A stretch of DNA of 64,000 bases from positions 27,810,912 through 27,874,911 of the forward strand of contig NC_092675.1 in NCBI RefSeq assembly GCF_964355755.1. The letters are read 5' to 3'. This DNA is from Antedon mediterranea (lineage: Eukaryota > Animalia > Echinodermata). The notes below the pieces were generated by a model. That model was not told the DNA's origin and did not search any database. It saw only the letters and a program-made list of their open reading frames with translations. Both the position numbers and the translations under genes were made by a program. Within the stretch, counting starts at the first letter, position 1. The number at the start of each line of letters is the position of its first letter. This document shows, piece by piece, positions 23,580-33,323 of the stretch.

Positions 23580-26500
23580 TGGCCCTTCTCTCCAGAGTGA
23601 GAGAACTATACAAACAGTAAGAATTTCTACCAAAAAAACTGCACCTTTCCATACCATTGTCACCATCATTACTGTACAGACGGACCTATTGAACGTGACG
23701 TGAACGGACGTGTTCACGTGGAGCTCTCTAAGCTACATTTGTTTACGCTTCTGCTCACCTTGCTACCCCTCACTGGCATTCATCGCCTGTAATACTTTTG
23801 GAGCATCAGAGCCACTCCTTGGGCCTAACTCGCTCTCATACCATCGCTGCCGCGCCTCGATCTTGACACTGTAGTTGTCGTTTTGATCAGTACAGTATTG
23901 GAGCTATTTTAACAGAGATTCAGACCCGGAATTCTACTTAGCAAGTCGTGATCCTATTCGGAATTGGACCCGGAATTTCAATCAGCAATTTGTGTTCACG
24001 GAGCAGAGTATGGCGGCGGTAAGATGTGCCATTGTAAACTTTCGTTTTTTAATTGCACTGACTTGTACTGTTATATTTATGATTCATAGTCCTGATAAAT
24101 CATTACCTATGAAGTTATATTCATCAATTAGTGGCGACGTGCATACATATATGTATTATAATTACATTGATCAGTACGGGACACAATCTTTTGTTTTTCG
24201 CGCTATTCACGCTCCATTTATCATCAACAATGGATTCGTAGCCAGGCCACACAAACGGAAATTTTTCAAAGCACCAACACAGTACTATCCAAACTCAACC
24301 GCCAACTTTAAAGTATTGCTCACGTCCGGGGATGTCCATTCTAATCCAGGACCAGTCAACAACTCTGACAAATCCCGTAGTGATCGACCAACCAAAAAAT
24401 CTGTTTCGGTTTTACTCTCAAACTGTCGCAGTATTCGCAATAAGTCTCTTGATTTGGCTATTTTCTGCGATACTAAATCAGATGGATTAGACATTATATG
24501 CTTAACGGAAACATGGTTGAACTCCGAGGATGATACGCAGATGTTACATTTTTCTAATAAATTTGACATTTTTCGTCGCGATCGCGAATCTGTTACCCGT
24601 GGCGGAGGTTTACTGATTGGTATAAACAGCACATTGCAATCAAAGGTTATTGCATCTGAACTGAACATTGAAATGTTATGGGTCTCTATCACATGTCACA
24701 ACAAATCGCATCTGTTATGCCTTGTGTACAGACCCCCAGACTCAACTGTTTCTTATTGGGATCAATTTGAATTTGCACTAGCTAGCCAAGAACATTCATT
24801 CCATAAATATGAATCGGTTGTCGTTTTGGGCGACTTTAATATCAATTGGCCAAATGCACCACATAAATTCATTGACGTGTTAAACATGTATGGTTTCGAT
24901 CAATTAGTAAACCAAAATACCCGACCTTCCACAAACGCTAATGATGGCTCACAGATAGATCTCGTGTTCTCAAACACGGGATCCTCAGTAAGAAATATAA
25001 GCGTCGTTGACAATCCAGTCGAGAGCGACCACCATGCAATTGAATTTGATATCGATTGTCGTCTCTATTTACCAACTACATCCACAATACGCTCATTTAT
25101 TAAGTGGAACAGCGGTGACTTCCATCATCTAAATAATCTCTTGCATTTGGCACCTTGGAGTATGTTCCTTAACGAAAATGACGTAAACGCTTCATGGAGT
25201 GGCTTCATGGACATTATTGATGCCGCAGTTCGCGATAGTTTCCCGAGGGTCAAAAGCAGAGCACGTAAACAGAGCAGTCCATGGATAACTAAGGATATTA
25301 AACGTATGATTCAGAAGAAAAAGAAACTTTTTAAAAAATCTAGACGCTCTGGCATACAAGAACACTGGGATGCTCACAAGAAATGGCGAAACAAAGTTCA
25401 CTATGCCATCAGGAAATCATATAAGGATTATGTAAACAATCTATTCAGATCCGCTGACAATAAAAAACGTTTTTTTGCGTTTGTGAAAGACAAACGTTCA
25501 TCTTCTTTACCAAGTAAATTTATTGATCCAACGAATAACTCTTATTACTCCAACATTGAAGACATTGTAAACGGTTTTAATCGATATTTTACTTCTATTT
25601 TTAATGATGTTAACGTTCATTTTAATTTTAACGAACCTCCCCCCTGTTCTCTTAAAATCCCTGTACTTGCTGATATTTCATTTAGTCCGAATGATATAAT
25701 TAACACCATATCTACATTTCGGTCTAATTCCGCTCCTGGACCAGACTTAATATCAGTCAAATTACTCAAGCCAATATCGCATTCAATTGCCTATCCCCTT
25801 TGGTTGCTGTATCGTACTTCTCTTAATACTGGTACTGTGCCCAATGATTGGAAATGTGTAAATACTATTCCAGTTCATAAATCTGGCGATAAGGCAGCGA
25901 TAACTAATTATAGACCAGTGGCCCTTTCCTCATTGGTGTGTAAAATTTTAGAGAAGATTATCGTAAATAACATTAATAACTTTACGTATGACAACGGTTT
26001 ACTTAACCCTAATCAACATGGTTTTGTCAAACATAAATCTTGCGTAACTCAACTCAATAATGTTACCTATCACTGGTCAAAAATTCTTGACAAACGTGAG
26101 CCAGCAATTATTGATACTCTGTTTTTAGACATGAGCAAAGCATTTGATAAAATGCCCTTCGACATCTTATTAACAAAAATTGCTGTAAATTTTAATATTC
26201 AAGGTAATATCTGGAAATGGATATCTTCATACTTGACTGACAGGAATCAGAAAGTTTGTTTCAGGGGGGCTACTTCTTCCGTACTTCCAGTCACATCGGG
26301 TATACCTCAGGGCAGTTGTCTTGGTCCAATTTTATTCAATATGTTTGTGAACGATGTTAATCATAATGTTTCTTCTGAATGTTTTCTTTTTGCAGATGAT
26401 ATAATACTATATAGACACAGACAAAATGCCAACGATATTGTTAATTTGCAAAATGATATAAATATTTTATCTAATTGGGCTGATAAGAATCAAATGAAAT

Positions 26501-27429
26501 TCAATGTCAACAAAACTAAATTAATGCATATCACCAGAAAGCGTAACTTTGTTAAGCCGTTGTACTTTCTTAATGGTGAGACAATTGCGGTGGTTGATAG
26601 CCATAAACATTTAGGAGTACATATCGATTCTAAACTGAATTGGAATGTTCAAATTGATAATCTAATATCGAAAGCTAATCGAATGTTAGGCTTTATTTTT
26701 TCTGTAGCCGGAAATTGCTCTCCAGACGCGATTTCGTGTCTGTACAAAACTTTGGTGCTACCTATTCTAGAGTATGGTTTGCCGGCGTGGGGCCCCAGAA
26801 ATGGAGGACACATAAAACGCCTCGAACAGGTTCAGCGACGGGCCTCTAGACGTATTCTGGGACCCCACTGCGGACCTATATCATACGACGAACGTTTAAT
26901 AACTTTGGGTTGGTTATCCTTACGTGATAGACGTTTAATGATTTTAATTTCCTTTATATTTCGTTGTTTTTATAATGTAACTTTTTGTAGTACTGTAAAT
27001 AACAATATCCATATCAATCAACGCCATCCTGAATTACTCACATTTGTCCACCCTTTTGCACGTACCGATACTTTAAAATATTCGTCTATCAACAATTTTC
27101 CTGTTATATGGTCATCACTACCCTCCATAATCAAAGATCAAGCAGTTACTCTTCCTTTGAAAAATTTCCTGTCGAAATTGAAAAAATATCTGCTTGATCA
27201 ACGCTAAATTTATTTTAATTGTATAGGAGTATTTTAAATGGTGTAACACAGTAATACAAATTAATTAAATTTTTTATATTTTCTGTATATTTTATATTCA
27301 TTTTTAACTTGTATTAAGTTGTATGTTACAGGGATTGCGGACACAAATGTGTTATGGTGCTCTGTTGCTGTCGCAATCCCTGGACCGCTTGTTGTCGAAT
27401 AAAGAAATGAAATGAAAATGAAATGAAAT
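23580..27429 (+). mobile_element. Apparently full-length CR1/L2-group non-LTR retrotransposon (single APE-RT ORF, 3' stem-loop, (GAAAT)n tail)
   Basis: Intact ORF; 3' hairpin CAGGGATTGCG(27329-27339)...CGCAATCCCTG(27372-27382); AATAAA at 27398; tail 27404-27429; 5' end approximate and no TSD found. Confidence 0.85.
24010..27207 (+). CDS. LINE ORF2: AP endonuclease plus reverse transcriptase, with N-terminal leader and 2A-like motif
   Basis: EN motifs NCRSIRNK, LTETWL, RRDR..RGGG, VYRPP, GDFN, IDLVF, SDH; RT motifs APGPD, YRPVAL, NQHGF, LDMSKAFD, GIPQGSCLGP, FADD, KHLGV; first ATG at 24010. Confidence 0.95.
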   Translation: MAAVRCAIVNFRFLIALTCTVIFMIHSPDKSLPMKLYSSISGDVHTYMYYNYIDQYGTQSFVFRAIHAPFIINNGFVARPHKRKFFKAPTQYYPNSTANFKVLLTSGDVHSNPGPVNNSDKSRSDRPTKKSVSVLLSNCRSIRNKSLDLAIFCDTKSDGLDIICLTETWLNSEDDTQMLHFSNKFDIFRRDRESVTRGGGLLIGINSTLQSKVIASELNIEMLWVSITCHNKSHLLCLVYRPPDSTVSYWDQFEFALASQEHSFHKYESVVVLGDFNINWPNAPHKFIDVLNMYGFDQLVNQNTRPSTNANDGSQIDLVFSNTGSSVRNISVVDNPVESDHHAIEFDIDCRLYLPTTSTIRSFIKWNSGDFHHLNNLLHLAPWSMFLNENDVNASWSGFMDIIDAAVRDSFPRVKSRARKQSSPWITKDIKRMIQKKKKLFKKSRRSGIQEHWDAHKKWRNKVHYAIRKSYKDYVNNLFRSADNKKRFFAFVKDKRSSSLPSKFIDPTNNSYYSNIEDIVNGFNRYFTSIFNDVNVHFNFNEPPPCSLKIPVLADISFSPNDIINTISTFRSNSAPGPDLISVKLLKPISHSIAYPLWLLYRTSLNTGTVPNDWKCVNTIPVHKSGDKAAITNYRPVALSSLVCKILEKIIVNNINNFTYDNGLLNPNQHGFVKHKSCVTQLNNVTYHWSKILDKREPAIIDTLFLDMSKAFDKMPFDILLTKIAVNFNIQGNIWKWISSYLTDRNQKVCFRGATSSVLPVTSGIPQGSCLGPILFNMFVNDVNHNVSSECFLFADDIILYRHRQNANDIVNLQNDINILSNWADKNQMKFNVNKTKLMHITRKRNFVKPLYFLNGETIAVVDSHKHLGVHIDSKLNWNVQIDNLISKANRMLGFIFSVAGNCSPDAISCLYKTLVLPILEYGLPAWGPRNGGHIKRLEQVQRRASRRILGPHCGPISYDERLITLGWLSLRDRRLMILISFIFRCFYNVTFCSTVNNNIHINQRHPELLTFVHPFARTDTLKYSSINNFPVIWSSLPSIIKDQAVTLPLKNFLSKLKKYLLDQR

Positions 27430-27798
27430 ACATTGCAAAATTCTTCATTGTGGTATTACGGTTTTATTCAGTACATTGGGAAGACAAATTTGAATGTACA
27501 GTATGGTAACCTAAACATTGTTTATCTTTTTGTTTTACAGGGATAGAAAGAACTTGTGCAAATAACTACAAATATTACACACTGCCACTGACTTGTTCTA
27601 AAAATGTAAATCTATAAATTACATTTCCCAAAAAAAAAGAATGTAATATTAATTTACAAATTCGTGTTTATTTCTGAAGCAACATTTTGCAATATGAATT
27701 GACTTGAAACATAAGACATCATCTGTATGGAGAACATTGTGTGTTTTGGATATTTTTTAATTTGTTGACGTTTTAAACATTTGTTTTGTTGGACGGTA

Positions 27799-27867
27799 AT
27801 GGCTTCTTATGTGGATAAACATTTTGTGAATATTTTGAAAAAGAAACCAGTTGATCGCACACCAGAG
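27799..27867 (+). CDS. RAPGEF2: RAPGEF2/6 (PDZ-GEF) first coding exon MASYVDKHFVNILKKKPVDRTPE (exon probably starts at 27541)
   Basis: Matches the recalled vertebrate RAPGEF2 long-isoform start MASYVD...PPERTP; acceptor tgttttacag at 27540; donor GAG|GTACAG, phase 0. Confidence 0.85.
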
Positions 27868-29190
27868 GTACAGTATGCCATTTTGTTTTATGGTTGATAG
27901 TTTTACTTGTTGAATCTCAATAAAGTATTGGAAGGAATGAAATGAATTTTAGAACTTTCAATCAGTGGTGTACACTCAAGGATTTTTTGGTGGGTCTGGG
28001 TTACAGTAAGAAAGGGGATGCCGTTTCCATATGCAAGATAAATGCCACCTAAAAACAATTAAATTTATTCAGATATAAACCAGCGTAGTTTAGTTAGTAA
28101 AACAATTATGTCTACTTACCTACTGTAGTACATACAAAAAAACCTCACCTGTTTATTTTTTGCCTATGATTTTTGAGGTACGGAAAATGTAATTCAATTA
28201 TTTTACTATTGTACTGTATATTATTTCAATTTCTGTACTGTGGCCTAGAGTACTAACTACTCTTTCATGTTCAAAAAGTTATTTTCCATATTAGGCAAAG
28301 CTTAATGACCTTACATTGACCTTCTACTGCCCTCTTAAGTTTTATTCATGAATGTGTTTTGATTATTTTGTCAAAATCTCATGAAGGTTACCATGAATGA
28401 AATGTGTACTGTATCTTTTAAATAAAAATGTTTTGTGTAAAATTTCCTATAGGTAAGGCTACAACTACTGTATAAAGTAGTATTTTCTTTGTATTGTTGT
28501 ATACAGTTTGGTAAATGACAGGTAGCAAAATTATTGTTACACTTAATTGTGAAAAACTAGAATTCCATAAAACAGATACAGTAAGTGTTTAATTGGTCTA
28601 CAGCATCAGGTGCAATTTGTCCCACAAAAAAAAAAAAGTTTAGTTCCACTTGGACACAACGTAAAAAAGGATATAAGTGCGGAAAAAGTAAGTTGACCAA
28701 TCACAATGTGATAACTCTAAAATCATCCAAATTCACTCACTACAGTATATTAGTCATCTAATTGAGAATCAAGTTTTAGATTCAACTTTCCATTGTTTAC
28801 AGTAAACCATATTTAAAAAGTGTTAAACAGTATTTTTACATTCGATTTTAATCGGACTATACTGTACATAAACGGTTTGTCTACTAATAATGAGCAAAAA
28901 TCGTTAATTACTGTACTGTATACAGTACGTTAAACAGGTAAAATTATCTCATCTGTGAAGTACAATACTGAACTATCCTGAGGAGAGACACTGAATCTAG
29001 ATGTTTTATCATATGAGAGGAAGAGCTGTGTATGCATTATTGAATACCTCATTAGTGTCGGATTTGGTGTCTTGAACTCAAAAGTAAACAAGTATCCAAT
29101 GTCATTAGAAACATTGAGAAAACAATTGGATGAAGATTTAGTGCAATATACACCAGTTGTCCTGACAATTATTATTTTGGCGATTTCTTA

Positions 29191-29311
29191 AGCCTTGTCT
29201 ACACTATCAAATTATATTTTTTTAAACAAAATTTGATGTGCCCATATGGACATGATGATGTCATATTATTACCATTTATAGGCATATCACACTTTTTTTG
29301 TCAAACGAACT
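29191..29311 (+). mobile_element. MITE family 1, copy 2 (right end truncated)
   Basis: AGCCTTGTCTACACTATCAAA plus the shared core. Confidence 0.7.
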
Positions 29312-31633
29312 TAAGTACATTTTTTTTTGTACACTACTACAGTATACTGTTAGTTAAGGATGGCCCATGATGCTAAATGGTTAATACAAAAAAGTTATTT
29401 AAACTTTTAAAATTAGATAACTGTAGCAACTGAACATCGTAGTGTCGCTTTCAGCTTCAACATATTAATTATATATTACATTGCATTAAACCCAGAAAGA
29501 AGAAAAAGTCATAGTAATAATATAGTACCTGTACTACTGTAGTAATATTTGGTGGTACTGTACAGTATGTTGTAGAATCAGTTTGTAGTTTTGCACCCTC
29601 TACAGCAGGGCTTAATTTGATTCCGCCAATTTAACGCTCACTGCTTTTCAATTGAACCACATCTTTGAATTCAGATTCTGTTTTCTTCCGTCAGTGTCAT
29701 ACCATTGTATTTAAATGTCTCTAGGATATTTTGTAATTTTTCTTACCGTATGTATTTGAATATAATCATTTTAAAAAAGTCTATTCAGTGATAATTCTTT
29801 TTCAGTTAAATAATCAATACCACACTATAGAATTTTATTAGTAACATGTTACCCCATTCATTAGGTAATTCTGATTTCTCTGTGCTTTTGTGTGCAAAGA
29901 CGATTCATTCTTGAAAAGAAATGTTTATTTCTCTTTTCTCAATTGTAAAAAAAAACAAGATACTGTGAGTTACAGTAATATGAGCCAATTAAGAAGCGAC
30001 ATCCCAGAAAAGTATCATGGTTTTTAGACATGGAAAAATCAGTTTACATTTAGTACATTGACAGGATTGTAATACATTACCATACTGTATGTATTTCTTA
30101 GTATAAAAACTAATTAATCTAGGGAAACTTACTTTTGTAATGTGTATTAAAAGGTAATTTCAATTGTTATTCTAAAGGTCATTCAGTACAGTATCAGTAT
30201 ACTGTAGTACAGTAAACATATTATTATATTAATTTTTAAAACTAAGTGTAGAAAAGCCATTTGGTGGCCTCTATACTGTAGCTCATTAGTAGGAAAACTT
30301 ATTTTGGAATTTGTTAATCAAAATTGTTTTTAATTAGGTATTTTTTACCAAAGGTGGTAAAGTACTGTAGTAGGCTACTACTGTACTATTGTGCTTCAGA
30401 GATGTTATCACCACCTGTGTCAAATTGGGTGAACAAGGTCAAATCGGGTGGGTGGTAAACATTGTACATTTTTATACCTCATTTTGTATGGTGTGATCTG
30501 GGTAAAACTAGGTTGGCTTTATTCCTGATGTTAGCATAGCAGTATAAACTGTGTTAGATATTGGTTTAGGTTCACTGTTAAACTTATGCTGGTTCATCTA
30601 TTCAAAGGTTTGTATACTTTGTTTTTGACATGACCCTGTTCTTGCTGTGTACTGTCTTGCACTATCGATATCATCGTAAACATTTATTAAAACACTGTAC
30701 TACTTACTGCACACAATATTTAATTTCTTGTCTATATAATAATACAACAAGTAGTTGGTGTACACGCAATATAGCAACATGCAAACTTAAGCTGCCCTTC
30801 CGAAGCATCAGATTGTCTGATATTACTCCGATAGGTTTTGGCACATTTGCAGAATAATTTACAATGTATGTAAATGATAGAGAAAAGAACGTGTAACTTG
30901 CATAGCTACTAGAAGAAAAACAAAAACGACGGCTAAATTATGTGATGCCAAACTTTGCACGCTGGATACTGTTAGAATATATACTTAGTACTTTACATTA
31001 AGTAGTTTGGTTACTCTCAAACTTAAGGAAAATAAGGCTAGGAATAGATAAATTATGGAACATGATAATAACAAATTTGTTATAAATGTACCATAAAAAA
31101 CGATTTAAAAGAAAAGAGTCTATAGAAACTAATGTAGTTTGAATTATGAAACTAGCAAAAAAAAAACTATGCTTATTTCATATAATTGCTACTGAACTAT
31201 GAACCTAAAAATACTGTACATTATTACTAATATTTTAATAATTGATGTTACAGCCTGAAATTTAAAAAATAATGAATGATGGTCTGTTTGGCCTGGCTGT
31301 TATTCTAGCCAAGTATACATCTGTAAACAGTAGGGGGTCGTCTTTTTACCATACTCCACAATTATTCTCATCGACATTATCATGCCAGCCTACACTCATC
31401 ATACTAATATTCTATACTGTAGTAGGCCTAGTAGTAACTAACAGTAGTATTATTAATACACTACAGTACTTAAAGAAAATGCAATTGATGTACAGGTTTT
31501 CAGTAAATAATACTGGATCATCAAGAGGGAAAATTTATATAGTCTAAATTAACATTTTTTAAAACCATCACTGTAATAACAATTAGAATTGTGTTAGTGT
31601 TGTATTTTTCGTAATTTGTTTGTTACCATACTG

Positions 31634-33323
31634 CAGTGTTCTCCCCAGGATTCACATCAAGCGTCACGCTTCCCCCCCCCCCCCCCCCGGGGGGGGGGGG
31701 GCATTCCGACACTAAGTACTTGAGTCACAGCCCCACCATGGTTGGGGCTGTGGCGAAGCGATTTTTGGTAATTTACCCCCTAGATGGCCGGAAATGGTAC
31801 TCTCGCACATAACATTTATGTTGAATGACACCTCTGGTTTGGCCGGAAATAACACTTATAGCGCGCTAGCAAACAACAAAACGATCGTAGCCAACTTTTT
31901 CCGCCGGTAAACATACGCGAAGAAACATTTTTTGCGTTCATTACGAACGTCAGGGGGAAGCCCCAATGAAAAAAATAGGCCTAATCTATTAGCCTACTCA
32001 TCAGTAGGACAACTCTAGTTGGCCGGAAACGAAACTTTATAGCGCACTAGCAAACAGTAAAACCATCGTAGCATACTTTTTCCGCCAGTAAACATACGCG
32101 ATAAAAAAATGTTTTTGCGTTCAATACGAACGTCAAGGGGAATTCCCCGATGAAATAAAACTAGGCCTACTCATGAGTAGAACAACTCTGTAGTTGGCCG
32201 GAAAGACACTTCATAGCGCGCTAGCAAACCGCACGATCGTACGTAGCCTGCTTTTTCCGCCGGTAAACATACGCGATAAGAAACATTTTTTGCGTTCATT
32301 ACGAACGTCAAGGGGAATTCCCCGATGAAATAAAAAATGCCTACTCATCAGTAGGACAACTCTATAGTTGGCCGGAAAGGACACTTCATAGCGCGCTAGC
32401 AAACAGCCCGATTGAGCCTACTTTTCCGCAGGTAAACATACTGTACGCGATATATGAAAAAAAAATATGCCTCATCAGTAGGCAACTGTAGTTAGTTGGA
32501 AACGACACCTCATAGCGCGTTAGCAAACATTAAAAACGATCGTAGCCTACTTTTTTTTCTGCCGGCGGGTAAACATATGCGATAAAAAAACATTTTTTGC
32601 GTTCAAATACAAATATCGGGGGAAAGTCCCGATGAAATAAAACTAGGCTTACTCATTAGTAAGACACCTCAAGTTGCCCGGAAATAAGACTTCATAGCGC
32701 ACAAGGAAATAGGAAAACATTCGAAAGAGAGACATGGCAGTAACAAAACACGTGCTTACATCTCTCGGCGGCGGCCGGTGAAAGCACCATGTGACATACA
32801 GTATCGCAGTACTGATATCACAATACCATGTGACATCCCTTGTCACTCGACTTTCTCACGAAGTAGGGCCTAAAACATTCTAGCACCGATGTACAAATGT
32901 ACCTTAAGTTAAGTGAAATAAGACTTTAGCGCACTAGCAAATAGGAAAACGATCGTAGCCTTCTTGAATGTATTATACGATCAAAGCAGCTAGCATTGAA
33001 TTGCGCCTAGAAATCATTTGATGACGTGCGTATGTTATGAAAGCGAGTCTCAGTTGTTTAACACTTTGTTACGCAGTCTTTTGTTTTTCGTCTAGTGGTC
33101 ATGTCACGTGTCTCGTATGCATTAGGCTCTTTATGCATGCCGCGCCTCAGCTCTAGAAAAAGTACCGTACCTCTGCCTGTTAATCTATTTTTAGATTGTT
33201 GTGGTTGATATTTTTAAGCGTCACGGATAAGGTTTTAAGCGTCACGGCCGACCGTAAAGCGTCACGGTAGAGAACCCAAGCGTCACGGTACCGTGACGCT
33301 TCAAAGGCCTGGGGAGAACACTG
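31634..33323. mobile_element. Non-autonomous hAT-like DNA transposon, 1.69 kb, with internal satellite
   Basis: Perfect 16-bp TIR CAGTGTTCTCCCCAGG / CCTGGGGAGAACACTG; subterminal AAGCGTCACG motifs at both ends; flanks ATACTG / ATACTA. Confidence 0.85.
31837..32710. repeat. Tandem repeat of ~175-180 bp, about 5 units, inside the transposon
   Basis: TTGGCCGGAAA...ATAGCGC...AAACATACGCG...TTTTTTGCGTTCA recurs at about 31840, 32020, 32195, 32370, 32495 and 32675. Confidence 0.85.

Noticed and set aside
31837-32710. Repeat arrays (also 17533-18593 and 62652-62952) as CRISPR-like
   Set aside because: Head-to-tail tandem units without unique spacers, no cas genes, eukaryotic context
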